The notes beneath the pieces were generated by a model. It ran no database searches and had not been told where the DNA came from. It saw only the letters and a list, made by a program, of their open reading frames with translations. The translations under genes and the position numbers were made by a program. From the NCBI GenBank assembly GCA_038087875.1, contig CM075991.1:4030001-4094000 (forward strand): a stretch of 64,000 bases of DNA. Direction: 5' to 3'. This document shows positions 1 through 12,059 of this stretch, in pieces. The stretch is from Malacoraja senta (taxonomy: Eukaryota). How positions within the stretch are numbered: position 1 is the stretch's first letter; every line of letters begins with the position of its first letter.

Positions 1-505
1 TCAGGGACACATGACAATAAACTCACTTGACTTGACTTGACTATCTTCGGTTTAAACCAGCATCTGCATCTCCTTCCTACACATCCTGATAACCCAGCTG
101 GTTTACACTGTAACCCTGTGGCAACCATTTAAAAACTACATCGTCTAGTTGGGATGGGCAACTAATTACTTGTTGAATTGGGATGGGAAGCTATTGAAGT
201 GTGGTAATTTCTATCAAGACAATGCCCAGGTTCTGGGGAATCCCTGTAACTTGCTTGGGGATCCCATTACTGAAACATTTCAGGAACTACACATTGCACC
301 TCCCAAATCCTTGATTCCTTCCTCCTTATAAAAGCACGCTCACACATTATTTCAGGGCCTGAACCCCAGGTCTTGATAGCAGGTTGCGAGGTTAACTCTG
401 GAAATTTGAAGGTTGGTATCACAAAAGGAAAAGACCTTAAGAGCTAACTTAAAAGCTAGCATGACCGAGCTACAGGGAAGAATTTGGCCACCGCTGTCCA
501 ATTCC

Positions 506-852
506 AATGTTCCGGATGTTGGGGGAGTCCAGAACCAGGGTTCGCCGTTTAAGAATAAGGGGTAGGCCATTTAGAACTGAGATGAGGGAAATCATTTTCA
601 CCCAGAGAGTTGTGAATCTGTGGAATTCTCTGCCACAGAAGGCGGTGGCGGCCGATTCACTGGATGTTTTCAAGAGAGAGTCAGATATAGCTCTTGGTGC
701 TAGTGGAATCAAGGGGTATGGGGGTAAAAGCAGGAACGGGGTACTGATTTTGGGTGATCAGCCATGATCATATTGAATGGCGGTGCTGGCTCGAAGGACT
801 GAATGGCCTACTCCTGCACCTATTTTCTATATTATTATGTTTCTATGTTTCT
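506..852 (+). mobile_element. CR1 LINE 3' fragment
   Basis: ORF 507-767 reads ESRTR...FTQRVVNLWNSLPQKAV, the CR1 ORF2 C-terminus; 3'UTR ends ggcctactcctgcacctattttctat...(tttctatg)n. Confidence 0.9.
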
Positions 853-1262
853 CTACAGTCCCCCTACTAAGTTGTTGACCCATCATTGTCCCTGGGTAAT
901 GCCAGGTGGTCAATAAATAACAGTCCATGTCACAAGGACAAGTGAAGTCACTCAAGTAATTTGCTTGTAATTCAACAAATAGAGAAAGTACACTGACTGA
1001 GGAGATTTGTGCGATTCTGGTTCGGAAGCCAATCATTATAATTCAAAAATTCCAATTATTCCAAGTTGAGTAGATGTGGACCTGGATCGTGGGTCCCTGA
1101 GGAACGAAGTTCTCCCTCCTCAATGCCAAATGTTAAATAAGGCTGCGTAAACAAGCTGTACTTTGCTTCAGTTGCCATAGGCCTGGGGGAACGTTATGGA
1201 GACTTGGGCGGCACAGTGGCACAGGGAGTAGAACTGCTGCCTCACTGTTCCAGCAACCAAAG

Positions 1263-1565
1263 TGGGTGGCATGGTGGCGCAGCGGTGGAGTGCTGCCCCA
1301 CAGCACTTGCAGCACCGCACACCCGGGTTCGATCCCGACTACGGTCGCTGTCTGTACGGAGTTTGTACGTTCTCCCCGTGACCGCGTGGGTTTTCTCCGA
1401 GATCTTCGATGTCCTCCCACAATCCAAAGACGCACAGAGTTGTGGGTAAATTGGCTTGGTAACTGTAAAAAATGTCCCTAGTGTTAATATACGGGGATTG
1501 CTGGTCGGTGCGGGCTCGGTGGGCCGAATGGCCTGTTTTCATGCTCTATCTCTAAACTTAAAAAC
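1263..1565 (+). mobile_element. tRNA-derived V-SINE (HE1-like), near full length
   Basis: A box tggcgcagcgg, B box ggttcgatcc, V-domain gagtttgtacgttctccccgtgacc...cctcccaca.tccaaaga, CR1-type tail gggccgaatggcctg...tctctaaac; older or partial copies at 1206-1250, 1570-1865, 1873-2120. Confidence 0.9.
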
Positions 1566-2589
1566 AAAGCTAACCTGGGTTCAATCCTGACCTTCATGTT
1601 GACTGTGTGTAATTCACACGTTCACCTTATGACCACATGTGTTTCCTTTGGGTCTTCATAGAATGGGCTAAAGGTCCTCCCACATCTCAAAGTGCAGATT
1701 GGTAGGTTAATTTGCCTCAGTAAGTCGCTCCGAGTGAGTAGTAGAATCAGTGTGTGGGAATGTGGGGTGAATGAAATAAGTTTCTTGTAGGATTAGTGTA
1801 AATGAGTGGTCAATGGTCAGCATGGACTCGAGGGGCCAAAGGGCCTGTTTCCATGCTATACAATCCTCTGTTCTTGCTGCCTAACAGCATCAGAGACCCG
1901 GGTTCCATCTTGACTGCAGGTGCTGTCTGTACGGAGTTTGTACGCTCTCCTCATGGCCGCGTGGGTTTTCTCCTGGTGCTTCGGTTTCCAAAGGCGTGCA
2001 GGTTTGTAGGTTAATTGGCTTCGGTAAAATTGTAAAGTTTCCCTTGTGTATAGGATAGTGCTTGCATACGGGGATTGCTGATTGGCATGGGTTGTATTTC
2101 TAAAGTGTAAAGTCTACAGTAAAGTACTGTGGCATTTTGTAAAGTTGGTGGAAAAATTCAACAAGCCCCTTATTGACCTTAGTACCAAGCTGAGAGAGGG
2201 CTGCTTTGTCAGAGATTCTGCGGTTTCTAAGATAACCAACTCAATAAGCAATTAAAGGCAATAAAGAGGGAAAATTGTGGCAATACACAGCTGGTCAGGC
2301 AGCACCTATGGAGAGGAAACCATGTGAAATTTCCGACTGGTGACTTTACATAAGAAGTGATAATATGACAAGTTTCAAGCTTTGGATAAAATCGAATGGG
2401 GCGGAGACCACAAAAGATCTGACCTGGCCAAAGGAAGAGGTTATAAAGGAGGGACAAAGTGAGAAACAGAACATTGCCCAGTCCCCCATAGGTACTGACC
2501 TCCACACCTTCATAGAGAACTACAGACTAAGCGACTTTGAGTCCTTGAAACGCACTATATAAATAAAATGTATTATTATTATTATTACA

Positions 2590-3310
<721 letters not shown>

Positions 3311-3949
3311 TGAGCTGGTAGGGGGGTAAAGGATGAGCCTGGAGGAGGTGGAAATGCAGAACAATGGTCTGAGAAATGCCAGGAGTATGTGGAATTGATG
3401 GTGGAAAATGGCATAATTGCTAATTATCTGAAATTGTTGAACAATTTCCTTCGGGGAAGAACAGTTCAGCTGGCTGACCCGCTGAGTATTTCCAGCATTT
3501 TCCATTTATATTTATTATTGTTAAACAATATTGATTCCAGAAGGCTACAATGTGCATGGTCGAAGGATGAGGTGTTATTGATTGAGATTACATTGGGCAG
3601 CGACAGATACTTTGGCACAGTTTGAAGGCGAGCAGGGCACTTGGTGGAACAGCTGCCTCATAGCTCCAGTGATTCAGGTTCAATCCCGACCTTTGGTGTT
3701 CTCTGTGTAAAATTTGCCCCTTCATCCCTGTGAATGCATGGATTTCCCACGGGGGCTCTGGATTCCACCCTTATCCTAAATGATGCGCTGGTAGGTTAAC
3801 TGGCCATTGTAAATGTAGGTAGTGTAGCAGCAGTGAAATTAGGACCCGTTGATGGGAATGTGGGAAAATAAAATGGGAAGGATGTAAATATGTGCTTGAT
3901 GCTTGGCACAAACTCAATGGGCCGAAGGGCCTGTTTCTGAGCGTAATGA

Positions 3950-4525
3950 TTGACACAAAGTACTCGAATAGCTTAGCAGGTCAGGCAGCATCTCTTGAGA
4001 AAAAGAATAGGTGACATTTTCATAAGATCATCAGTGATTGGAGCAGAATTAGGCCATTCGGCCCATCAAGTCTATTCAGTCATGGCTGATCTATCTCTCG
4101 CTCCTAACCCCATTCTCCTGCCTTCTCCCCATAACCTCTGACTGATTTTGGGTCAGAACCCTTCTTCAGACTAGAAGTAGAGGTGGGGAGGGTGGCTAAA
4201 CTGGAGGTAAGAAAAGGGCAGAACAAATTGGGGTTGGCAATAGATGAGCTCTGGAAGGGTGGAGCCCACAATGGCCCATTGTTGGCTGGGGAATGTATGA
4301 TAACAAGATGGTGCGACCAGTGGGATTAGTAGGACGACTAGGGTGGAGGAGAGAGGGGAGTGGAGGAAAAGTAGGAGTTACTTGAAATCAGAGAAATCAA
4401 CATTCATACCACTGAGTTGCAAGCTGCCCACGCAAGATATGAGGTGCTGTTCCTCAATTTGTGTGTGGCCTCACTCTGAAAGTGGAGGAGGCCCAGGCCA
4501 GTATGGGATTGGGAAGAGGAGTTAA
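3950..4525 (-). mobile_element. Penelope-like element 3' end (GIY-YIG C-terminus, 3'UTR, terminal HHR-bearing repeat), interrupted by a CR1 tail at ~4022-4142
   Basis: 4380-4500 matches the 3' end of the GIY-YIG ORFs at 6720-7145 and 47132-47458; terminal acccttcttcagact motif. Confidence 0.75.
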
Positions 4526-4774
4526 AATGTTTGGCCCCAGGACAGAAATTGCCTTTGACTCTACTTCATTTAGAATGTAGAATATAGAACAGGTCTTGCA
4601 GCCTACAATATCTGTGCCAAACTTGATACCACGAGAAACTAATCTCATCTGCCTGCACGTGATCCATATCCATCCATCCCCTGCATATCCATGTGCCTGT
4701 CTAAAAGCTTCTTAAACACCACTATTTCATCTGCCTCTACCACCCCTGGCAGCAAGTTCGAGGCACCCACTATG

Positions 4775-5080
4775 TAGTTTAGTTTAGTTTGGTTTCGAGC
4801 TGCAGAGCGGAAACAGGCCCTTTGGCCCACCGAGTCCATGCCGACCAGTGACCAGCCCGCACACTGCACACTAGGGAGTTTACAATTATACCAAGCCAAT
4901 TAGCCTACAAACCTGTACGTCTTTGGAATGTGGGACGAAACCGGAGCTCCCGGAGAAAACCCACGCAAGTCACCGGGAGAATGCTCAAACTCCGTACAGA
5001 CAGCTGCCATAGTCGGGAACAAACATGGGTCTCTGGTGTTGTATGGCTGCAACTCTACTGCTGTGCCACTGTGCTGCCCT
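4775..5080 (-). mobile_element. V-SINE (HE1-like)
   Basis: (tttag)n tail, V-domain and tRNA head in reverse orientation. Confidence 0.88.
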
Positions 5081-6075
5081 GGAAAAAAACTTCCTTTAAA
5101 CTTTTGCCCCTTGGAAGCTTATCTTGCTTCCCCCTTCAAAAACCTTTTGTCACTAAAACGGACTACGAGGTTCTCCTGCATGGGTTGTACATAGTGACTG
5201 GTGCACAAATTAATTGCACCAGTCACTTCATTTCAAATGGTGCCTAGAGAGCAGGAAAGGACATTTGGCCTCCTGAGGCAGTGCAATGCAGTCTAGAGAC
5301 AGCACAAGAATGCTGGACTTTGTTTAACAGCAATCCAAAGATTGGTGGGTCGTTCAACTCCTCCTCAAATCTTCGAGGCTGACTTTGCCATTTCAAGAGC
5401 CAGGCCTCCAGTGTTATCCGATAATTACCACTGAGCCTTACAATCCACAACCTTGGCTTTGTGGAGAAAAGATCAGTAAAGTGCAGGGGTGGTTTATGTT
5501 CGTCCCACGTCAGCCTGTAGGTGGAAAAATAAAAAACCACAGATTCCGAAACGTTGATAACAGGAGAGGAAATGCTCCTCTGTCTCATGGCTTTTAGGCG
5601 TCATAAATCTTTATTGCAAACAAAACAGTTGGGTTCAATAAGTGGCAGCCTCGTAAAGTGATTTGGGAAATGCAAACATTGTCAGTTTAGATGTAATCTG
5701 AGATCGGCTCTACCTCCCACGGGCAGGCTGTCACCCTTGGACCTAAGATTCTTCCAGGGTGCATTGATCACTGAATGCTGGCTTTATTAGTTAGACTTGA
5801 TTTGAGCTAATAGTGAGAAGGGACACTCGAAGACAACCGGGATCCTAATCTTCTAAATCACAGTCTGCGCACAGCCTTGACGTGCGTTTTGTTCTTGCCT
5901 CTGGGAACTTGAAGCTGCCCTTGTAAGTCACTGCATCATTCAATTCCCTCTCACCTTCTATTCTTAGTATGGCAGAATGAGCAGGAAATTAAGAGCAAAA
6001 GCAAACCTTCGTCACACTGCGTAACCCCTTGGACTCCTTCCCTCCGTGTTGATAGGTAAAAGTGACTTTCTCTTA

Positions 6076-6492
6076 CAATAGACAATAGACAATAGGTGCA
6101 GGAGTAGGCCATCGGCCCTTCGAGCCAGCACCGCCATTCAATGTGATCATGGCTGATCATCCCCAATCAGTACCCCGTTCCTGCCTTCTCCCCATATCCC
6201 CTGACTCCGCTATCTTTAAGAGCCCTATCTAGCTCTCTCTTGAAAGTATCCAGGGAACCGGCCTCCACCGCCCTCTGAGGCAGAGAATTCCACAGACTCA
6301 CAACTCTCTGTGAGAGAAAGTGTTTCCTCGTCTCCGTTCTAAATGGCTTACCCCTTATTCTTAAACTGTGGGCCCTGGTTCTGGACCCACCCAACACCGG
6401 GGAACCTGTTTCCTGCCTCTAGCGTGTTCAAACCCTTAATAATTTATATGTTTCAATAAGATATCCTCTCATCCTTCTAAACTCCAGAGTGT
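6076..6492 (-). mobile_element. CR1 LINE 3' fragment
   Basis: ORF 6167-6397 ...SQRVVSLWNSLPQRAVEA...GYGEKAGTGY; (caataga)n tail. Confidence 0.92.
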
Positions 6493-6722
6493 TATTCGAC
6501 CTAAGGCTAAGTAACTTAACCCTTCAGAGCTCAAGGTGCACCACAGTCATAGAGGAGGGTACTATCTGATGGTGTTACCAGCCAAAGTGGTGTGTGCACT
6601 ATCCGATGCCCAGTACCTTTGCTTACTGTATTAATGGCCTTGAGTCCCACCCTAGCATTTGGCTTGTAACCTGGTCTTTCTCTTTAACATTGGCCTTCAT
6701 CAGTCAGAGCACTGAGTACCAG

Positions 6723-7145
6723 AGCACTGGTACTTTCCCTTGCAACCGCAAGAGATGCAACACTTGTCCCTTCACCTCCCCCCTCGACTCCATTCAAGGA
6801 CCCAAGCAGTCGTTCCAGGTGCGACAGAGGTTCACCTGCATCTCCTCCAACCTCATCTATTGCATCCGCTGCTCTAGATGCCAGCTGATCTACATCGGTG
6901 AGACCAAGCGGAGGCTTGGCGATCGTTTCGCCGAACACCTCCGGTCGGTCCGCAATGGCCAACTTGACCTCCCGGTGGCTCAGCACTTCAACTCCCCCTC
7001 GCATTCCGTATCTGACCTCTCTGTCCTGGGTCTCCTCCATGGCCACAGCGAGCAACACCGTAAATTGGAGGAAATGCACCTCATATTCCGCTTGGGCAGT
7101 CTACATCCTGGGGGCTTGAACATTGAATTCTCCCAATTCTGTTAG
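6723..7145 (+). CDS. PLE GIY-YIG endonuclease domain (partial ORF)
   Basis: CxxxxCxxC zinc knuckle, NLIYCIRCSRCQLIYIGET, RLGDRFAEH, VAQHFN, GLN; part of ORF 6594-7145. Confidence 0.9.
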   Translation, partial: STGTFPCNRKRCNTCPFTSPLDSIQGPKQSFQVRQRFTCISSNLIYCIRCSRCQLIYIGETKRRLGDRFAEHLRSVRNGQLDLPVAQHFNSPSHSVSDLSVLGLLHGHSEQHRKLEEMHLIFRLGSLHPGGLNIEFSQFC

Positions 7146-7258
7146 CCCTTGCTGTCCCCTCCCCTTCATCAGCCCTCTGGTTGTCTTCTCCCCTCCCCCA
7201 GCCCTCAGGCTCCTCCTCCGCCTTTTTCCTTTTTTCCTTTCTTCTCCCCACCCCCTAT

Positions 7259-7295
7259 CAGTCTGAAGAAGGGTTTCGGCCCGAAACGTTGCCTA
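7259..7295 (+). ncRNA. putative minimal type I hammerhead ribozyme in PLE terminal repeat
   Basis: CUGAAGA (7263-7269), A, stem II GGGU-UUCG-GCCC, GAAA, self-complementary ACGU stem III, then UH; minimal HHRs are a known feature of PLE termini. Confidence 0.6.
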
Positions 7296-7356
7296 TTTCC
7301 TTCGCTCCATAGATGCTGCCTCACCCGCTGAGTTTCTCCAGCATTTTTATGTACCA

Positions 7357-7745
7357 CTGAGTTTAGAAGTTGGGAGGTCATGTTGCAGTTATTTAAGACA
7401 TGGTGTGGTCAAATTTAGAGTATTGTTTTCAGTTCTGGTCACCATGTTATAGGAAAAATGTTGTCAAGCTGGAAAGGGTGCAGAGAAGATTTTACGAGGA
7501 TGTTGCCAGGGCTTGAGGGCCAGAGCAATAGGGAGAGGTGGAGCCAGCTACGACTTTATTCCTTGGGGTGCAGGGCAGATGATGACCTGTGATTTTATAA
7601 AGGTGTACACAATCATGAGAAGAAAAGATTAGGTAAATGCACAGAGTCTTTTGCCCAGAGTAGTGGAATTGAGAACCAGAAATCATAGGTATAAAGTGAG
7701 ACTGGAGAGATTTAATAGGAGCCTGATGGGGTAACCTTTTTACGC
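7357..7745 (+). mobile_element. degenerate CR1 RT C-terminal fragment
   Basis: remnants of LEYCxQFWSP and LERVQRRFTRMLPG with frameshifts. Confidence 0.8.
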
Positions 7746-7794
7746 AAAGATTTTAGACTCTGGAGGCTGAGGAGTGTCCTGATTACAATATATA

Positions 7795-8187
7795 GTAGGC
7801 CCCTCTCGGTCATAACTGACCATGGGTGATGCATCCTATTTTGCAGGTGATGTGTGGTCGGGTGCAAGCCTGGGCGATGTCATATGGAGGACAGGCTGTT
7901 GCCCACGCAGCACGCCCCCCCTCTCCACGTCGCTGATCGATCCAAAGGAACAGCAGGGCCGTTACAGTTCGGCACCAGCGCCGTCGCAGGAGCTGCCAGA
8001 GCGAGGTTGTAGACAACGACGAACTGCCTCAGGGGCTCCGACTCCGGATTTTCTTGAGGTTTGCTCCAGGAGCCTTTTCCATGACTAGTTTTCCCTCTCC
8101 CAGGCTGATGAGCCCCATCTGCCCGAGACTCGTGGGGGCGGGAGCGTCTACCTTCCCGTGTAGGTCTATAGCACCTGCCCACTGCCC
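7795..8187 (-). mobile_element. probable RTE-derived bipartite non-autonomous element (RTE 5'UTR joined to RTE 3' end)
   Basis: GC/CpG-rich non-coding block with motifs I recall from vertebrate RTE 5'UTRs (ctcctgcgacggcgctggtgcc, cctttggatcgatcagcgacgtggagagggg) and an RTE-like end catggtcag..gaccga..ggcctact. Confidence 0.55.
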
Positions 8188-9164
8188 AAACAAAATATAT
8201 AAAATGCACATATGCTATATGCAACATAGCATAGATAGTCAGAGGTTTTTGTCACCAGGGTGGAAACATGAAACACTAGAGGGCATAGATTTAAAAAAGA
8301 TGTGCGAAGCAAGTGTCACATGAGTGTTAGGTGCTTGGTTCACACTGCCCAGGACGTGGAAGATACACTTAATAGATATAATAGCAATATTTAAGAGCCA
8401 ATTTGACACAACAAGAGATAGGGAACGGAGGGATACACCCATGTGGAGGCGGATGGGATGAATTAGAATATCATTATGGTCGGTGCAGATACGGTGGGCC
8501 GAAGGGCCTGTACCTGTGCTGTACTGTTCTATGTCCATCTCTATCCAGATAACACTCTGAGATTTCTCCTCCATTTCTGACCTCTTGCCCATTCATTTCA
8601 TGCAGAACTGAACTGAATCATTCCACCACAACTAGAGAGAAGTCGTGAACTACTATCTACCTCATTGGTGACCCTGGGACTATCTTTGATTGGACTTTAC
8701 TGACTTTTGCATTAAACGTTATTCCCCTATCATGTATCTGTACACTGTAAATGGCTGGATTGTAATCATGTATTGTCTTTCCGCTGACTGGTTGGTACGC
8801 AACAAAAGCTTTTCACTGTATCTCGGTACACGTGACAATAAAGGATCGTTGAATCAATCAATGTGGCATCTTTGTAGTCACAGTTTAGCTGCCATAATGA
8901 CTTCCCTTCTACCTCTCTACCACTCTAAGATACTCCGCATTGGCTAAGTCTTTGATCAATTCCGAATACCACTTACCTGGCGTGCCAAGGTTTGTTTGAT
9001 AATGTCCTTGTGAATTACTCTGGGATGATTTGCTCGGTTATATAAGATCATCTGGTTCTCATGCATTTGGTGTTTGTGGGAGATTGCTGTGGATAAATTG
9101 CTGGTGGAGCTGTTGCCTCACAGATCCAATGACTTGAGCTAAGCACAGTTTCAGTTTCTGTTTA

Positions 9165-9525
9165 GTTTAGTTTATTGTCATCTGCACCGAGGTACAGTGA
9201 AAAGCTTTTGTTGCGTGCTAACCAGTCAGTGGAAAGACAATACACGATTCCAATTGAGCCATTTACAGTGTACAGATACATGATAAGTGAATAACGTTTA
9301 GTGCAAGGTAAAGCCAGTAAAGTACGATCAAAGATAGTCCGGAGGTAGATAGTAGTTCAAGATTGCTCTCTAGTTAGTTGTTGGTAGGATGACTCAGTTG
9401 CCTGATAACAGTTGGGAAGAAACTAGGGTTGTCCCTGAATCTAGAGGTGTGCATTTTCACACTTCTGAACATTTAGCCCAATGGGAGAGGGGAGAAGAGG
9501 GAGTGGCCAGGGTGTGACTTGTCCT
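9165..9525 (-). mobile_element. Rex/Babar-type LINE 3' end
   Basis: tail tttattgtca...ggtacagtgaaaagc and ORF-end remnants; same family at 8620-8840 (+), 35255-35520, 55040-55530, 58450-58820 (-). Confidence 0.75.
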
Positions 9526-9829
9526 CTATTTTCTGGGCTATCCGTGTTGGGTTTCTATGCTCTATCTGCAACCCTGTGGGTTTCCGATTGGAACTATAGT
9601 TTCCTCACACATGCTAAAGATAAACAGTTGGTCGGTTAAATGGCCACTATAAATTTCCCCTACTATGTCAGTGCGTGGTGGAAATATGGAGAGAGTTGTT
9701 AGGAATGTGGAGAGAATAAAATATGATGAATGCAGGATTAGTTGGAAATGGTTGCTCGATGATCAGCAAAGTTTTGTTGGGCTATAGGGCCTGTTTCCCG
9801 CTGTAACACACTATGAGTCAGTGTTTCTG

Positions 9830-11165
9830 TCGAGGACTGATTATGGGTAGTCAACATGGCTTTAAACTTGGAAAATTGTGTTTCGTGAATTTGATTGAGT
9901 TTTTTGAAGAGGTGACCAAAAAGGTTATTGAGCACGGTGCAGTAGATACTGTCTCTGTGGACTTTAGCAAGGCCTTTGACGATGGTGGTCTGGTCCGGAA
10001 GGTTAGATCACAAGAGATCCAGAGACAGGTTGGATGCATAATGGGCTTGAAGGTAGGAGACACAGGGTGATAGTGGCGTTGTGGGAAGGAACAGCAGATG
10101 CTGGTTTACACTGAAGGTAGACACAAAATGCTGGAGTAACCCAGCGGGTCAGGCAGCATCCCTGGTGAGTCAGGGGAGAGGGAAACTAGAGGTATGAGAT
10201 AGTACAGAACCAATCACAGCCGGCACCGATGACTCAAGAAAGGTGGAGCCCACAATGGCCCATTGTTGGCTGCGCAGGAGGTGATACTAAAGGGAAGATA
10301 GCCACAAAAAGCTGGAGTAACTCAGCGGGACAGGCAGCATCTCTGGAGAGAAGGAATGGGTGATGTTTCAGGTTGAGACCTATAGGGATATAGCAGTGAA
10401 ACTAGTAAGGTGTGGGAGGGGCGGAGAGAGAGAGGGAATGCAGTGGGTTGTTTTCAGACTCGAGGTCTATAACAATTGGTGTGCCAGAGGGATTATTAGT
10501 TCTGGGTCCAGTGAGTCTGGGTCCAGTGGTTAGTAAGTCTGCAGATGACACTAAAATTAGTGGTATCGTGGACAGTGCAGAAGGCTATCTAGGATCACAA
10601 CGGGACTTGAATCAACTGACCCAGTGGGCCCAGAAATAGTAGGTAGAATTTAAGTCAAATTATTGTGAGGTGTTGTACTTTAGTGAGACATACAAGGCAA
10701 GACTTACACAGTGAATGGTAAGGACCTGGGGAGCTTGTAGAACAGAGATACATCGGGGTGTACCTACATATTTCCCTGAAAATGGCGATACAGGTTGACA
10801 GGATGTGAAGAAAACTTTGGACTGAATGGAATGGAAGTGGAGAGGATGTTTCCACTAGTGGGAGAGTCTAGGACCAAAGGGCACAGCCTCAGAATAAGGA
10901 TGTACCTTTAGAAATGAGATGAGGAGGAATTGATTTAGCCAGAGGGTTGTGAATCTGTGGAGTTGATTGCTACTGATGGCTGTGGAGGCCAGGTATTTTT
11001 AAAGCGGAGATTGACAGATTTGTGATTAGTCATCACCCTTTGTGATTAGTAAGGGTGTCAAGAGTTATGGGGAGAAGGCAGGAGGAAGCTAGATCAGCCA
11101 AGATTCAATGGCTGAGTAGACTCCATGGGTCAAAAAGCCTAAATCTGCCTCTAATACATGAACTT
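9830..11165 (+). mobile_element. old CR1 RT fragments interrupted by PLE-derived pieces (~10080-10445)
   Basis: SQHGF...NLIEFFEEVT...DFSKAFD (ORF 9813-10070); GVP.G...ADDTKI (ORF 10412-10639); CR1 3'UTR at 11060-11165. Confidence 0.85.
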
Positions 11166-12059
11166 ACACTTTGACACACTTGCCATCATTAGTCAGGATA
11201 TCTGGTGCAACAAGCTGATGGAAGAAGTGTTGGAGGCAGCTACAGTTAGGACATTTAAAAGGCATTTGAACAGGTACATCGATAGGAAAGGTTTGGAGGG
11301 ATACTGGTGAGGTGCAGGCATGTGGGACCAGCTCAGATAGGCAGCAAGGCTAGCATGGGTAAGATGGGCTGAAGGGCCTGTTTCCATGCTGAATTGCTCT
11401 GACTCCCATCTGCAATTCAACAGCAACCGCATCTCAATAGGACTCATTGTCTTTACCCTGTACTCGGTATAAATGAAAGATTTTAATTTCTTTCACCATT
11501 TTTTATTTTTCAGCATGACTCATACTCAACGAAGGATCAAGAGCAATAAAGCTTGCAGTGTATGTCTCTCACCCCATTGGTGTTTCTTACATGGATTAAG
11601 AGCCACTCCAAACTTTTGTACAAAGATCATTCATATTTCGGTGCAGGATTGCACTTTAAAGTTATAGCCAAGTTCTATGTAAGTTGGGTTATTGCAGCAA
11701 AACCCACGCACATTCAATTCTTCCTCAGAGACTGACTTTTGTGTTCCTCTGAACGCCCACTCACATTCTAAAGGCCTTCCGATACCTTCGAGCAGCAGTG
11801 TACTAACAGCAAAGTCAAACTTAATAAGCATGGGTTTGATTATGTGCAAAAATTACTCAGCCAACCATTTTTCTTCTTCCACCCTCTGCCGTGTTCATCA
11901 GCAGTGGAAACCGGCAGGCCTCAAGGACAAACAGACTGAACGACAAAGATGCATTGAAAGGATTATTATTCCTCAAATAGCACTTAGTACCAAATGGTGG
12001 ATCACTTTGTCCTGGAGGCACGAGGCTATCGTAGTATTGTTGGAACCGTCTACTGTCAC

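Larger units (their letters stand above)
6722..7355 (+). mobile_element. Penelope-like element (PLE), 5'-truncated
   Basis: GIY-YIG ORF, then pyrimidine-rich UTR and terminal repeat ctgaagaagggtttcggcccgaaacg...gatgctgcctcacccgctgagtttctccagca. Confidence 0.92.

Noticed and set aside
1263..1340. tRNA-like sequence with A and B boxes (many copies)
   Set aside because: SINE heads that continue into a V-domain and LINE tail; not tRNA genes
8104..8150. CTGATGA followed by a GCCCC...GGGGC stem, resembling a hammerhead
   Set aside because: The required GAAA is GGGA, and it lies antisense to the inferred element; probably chance
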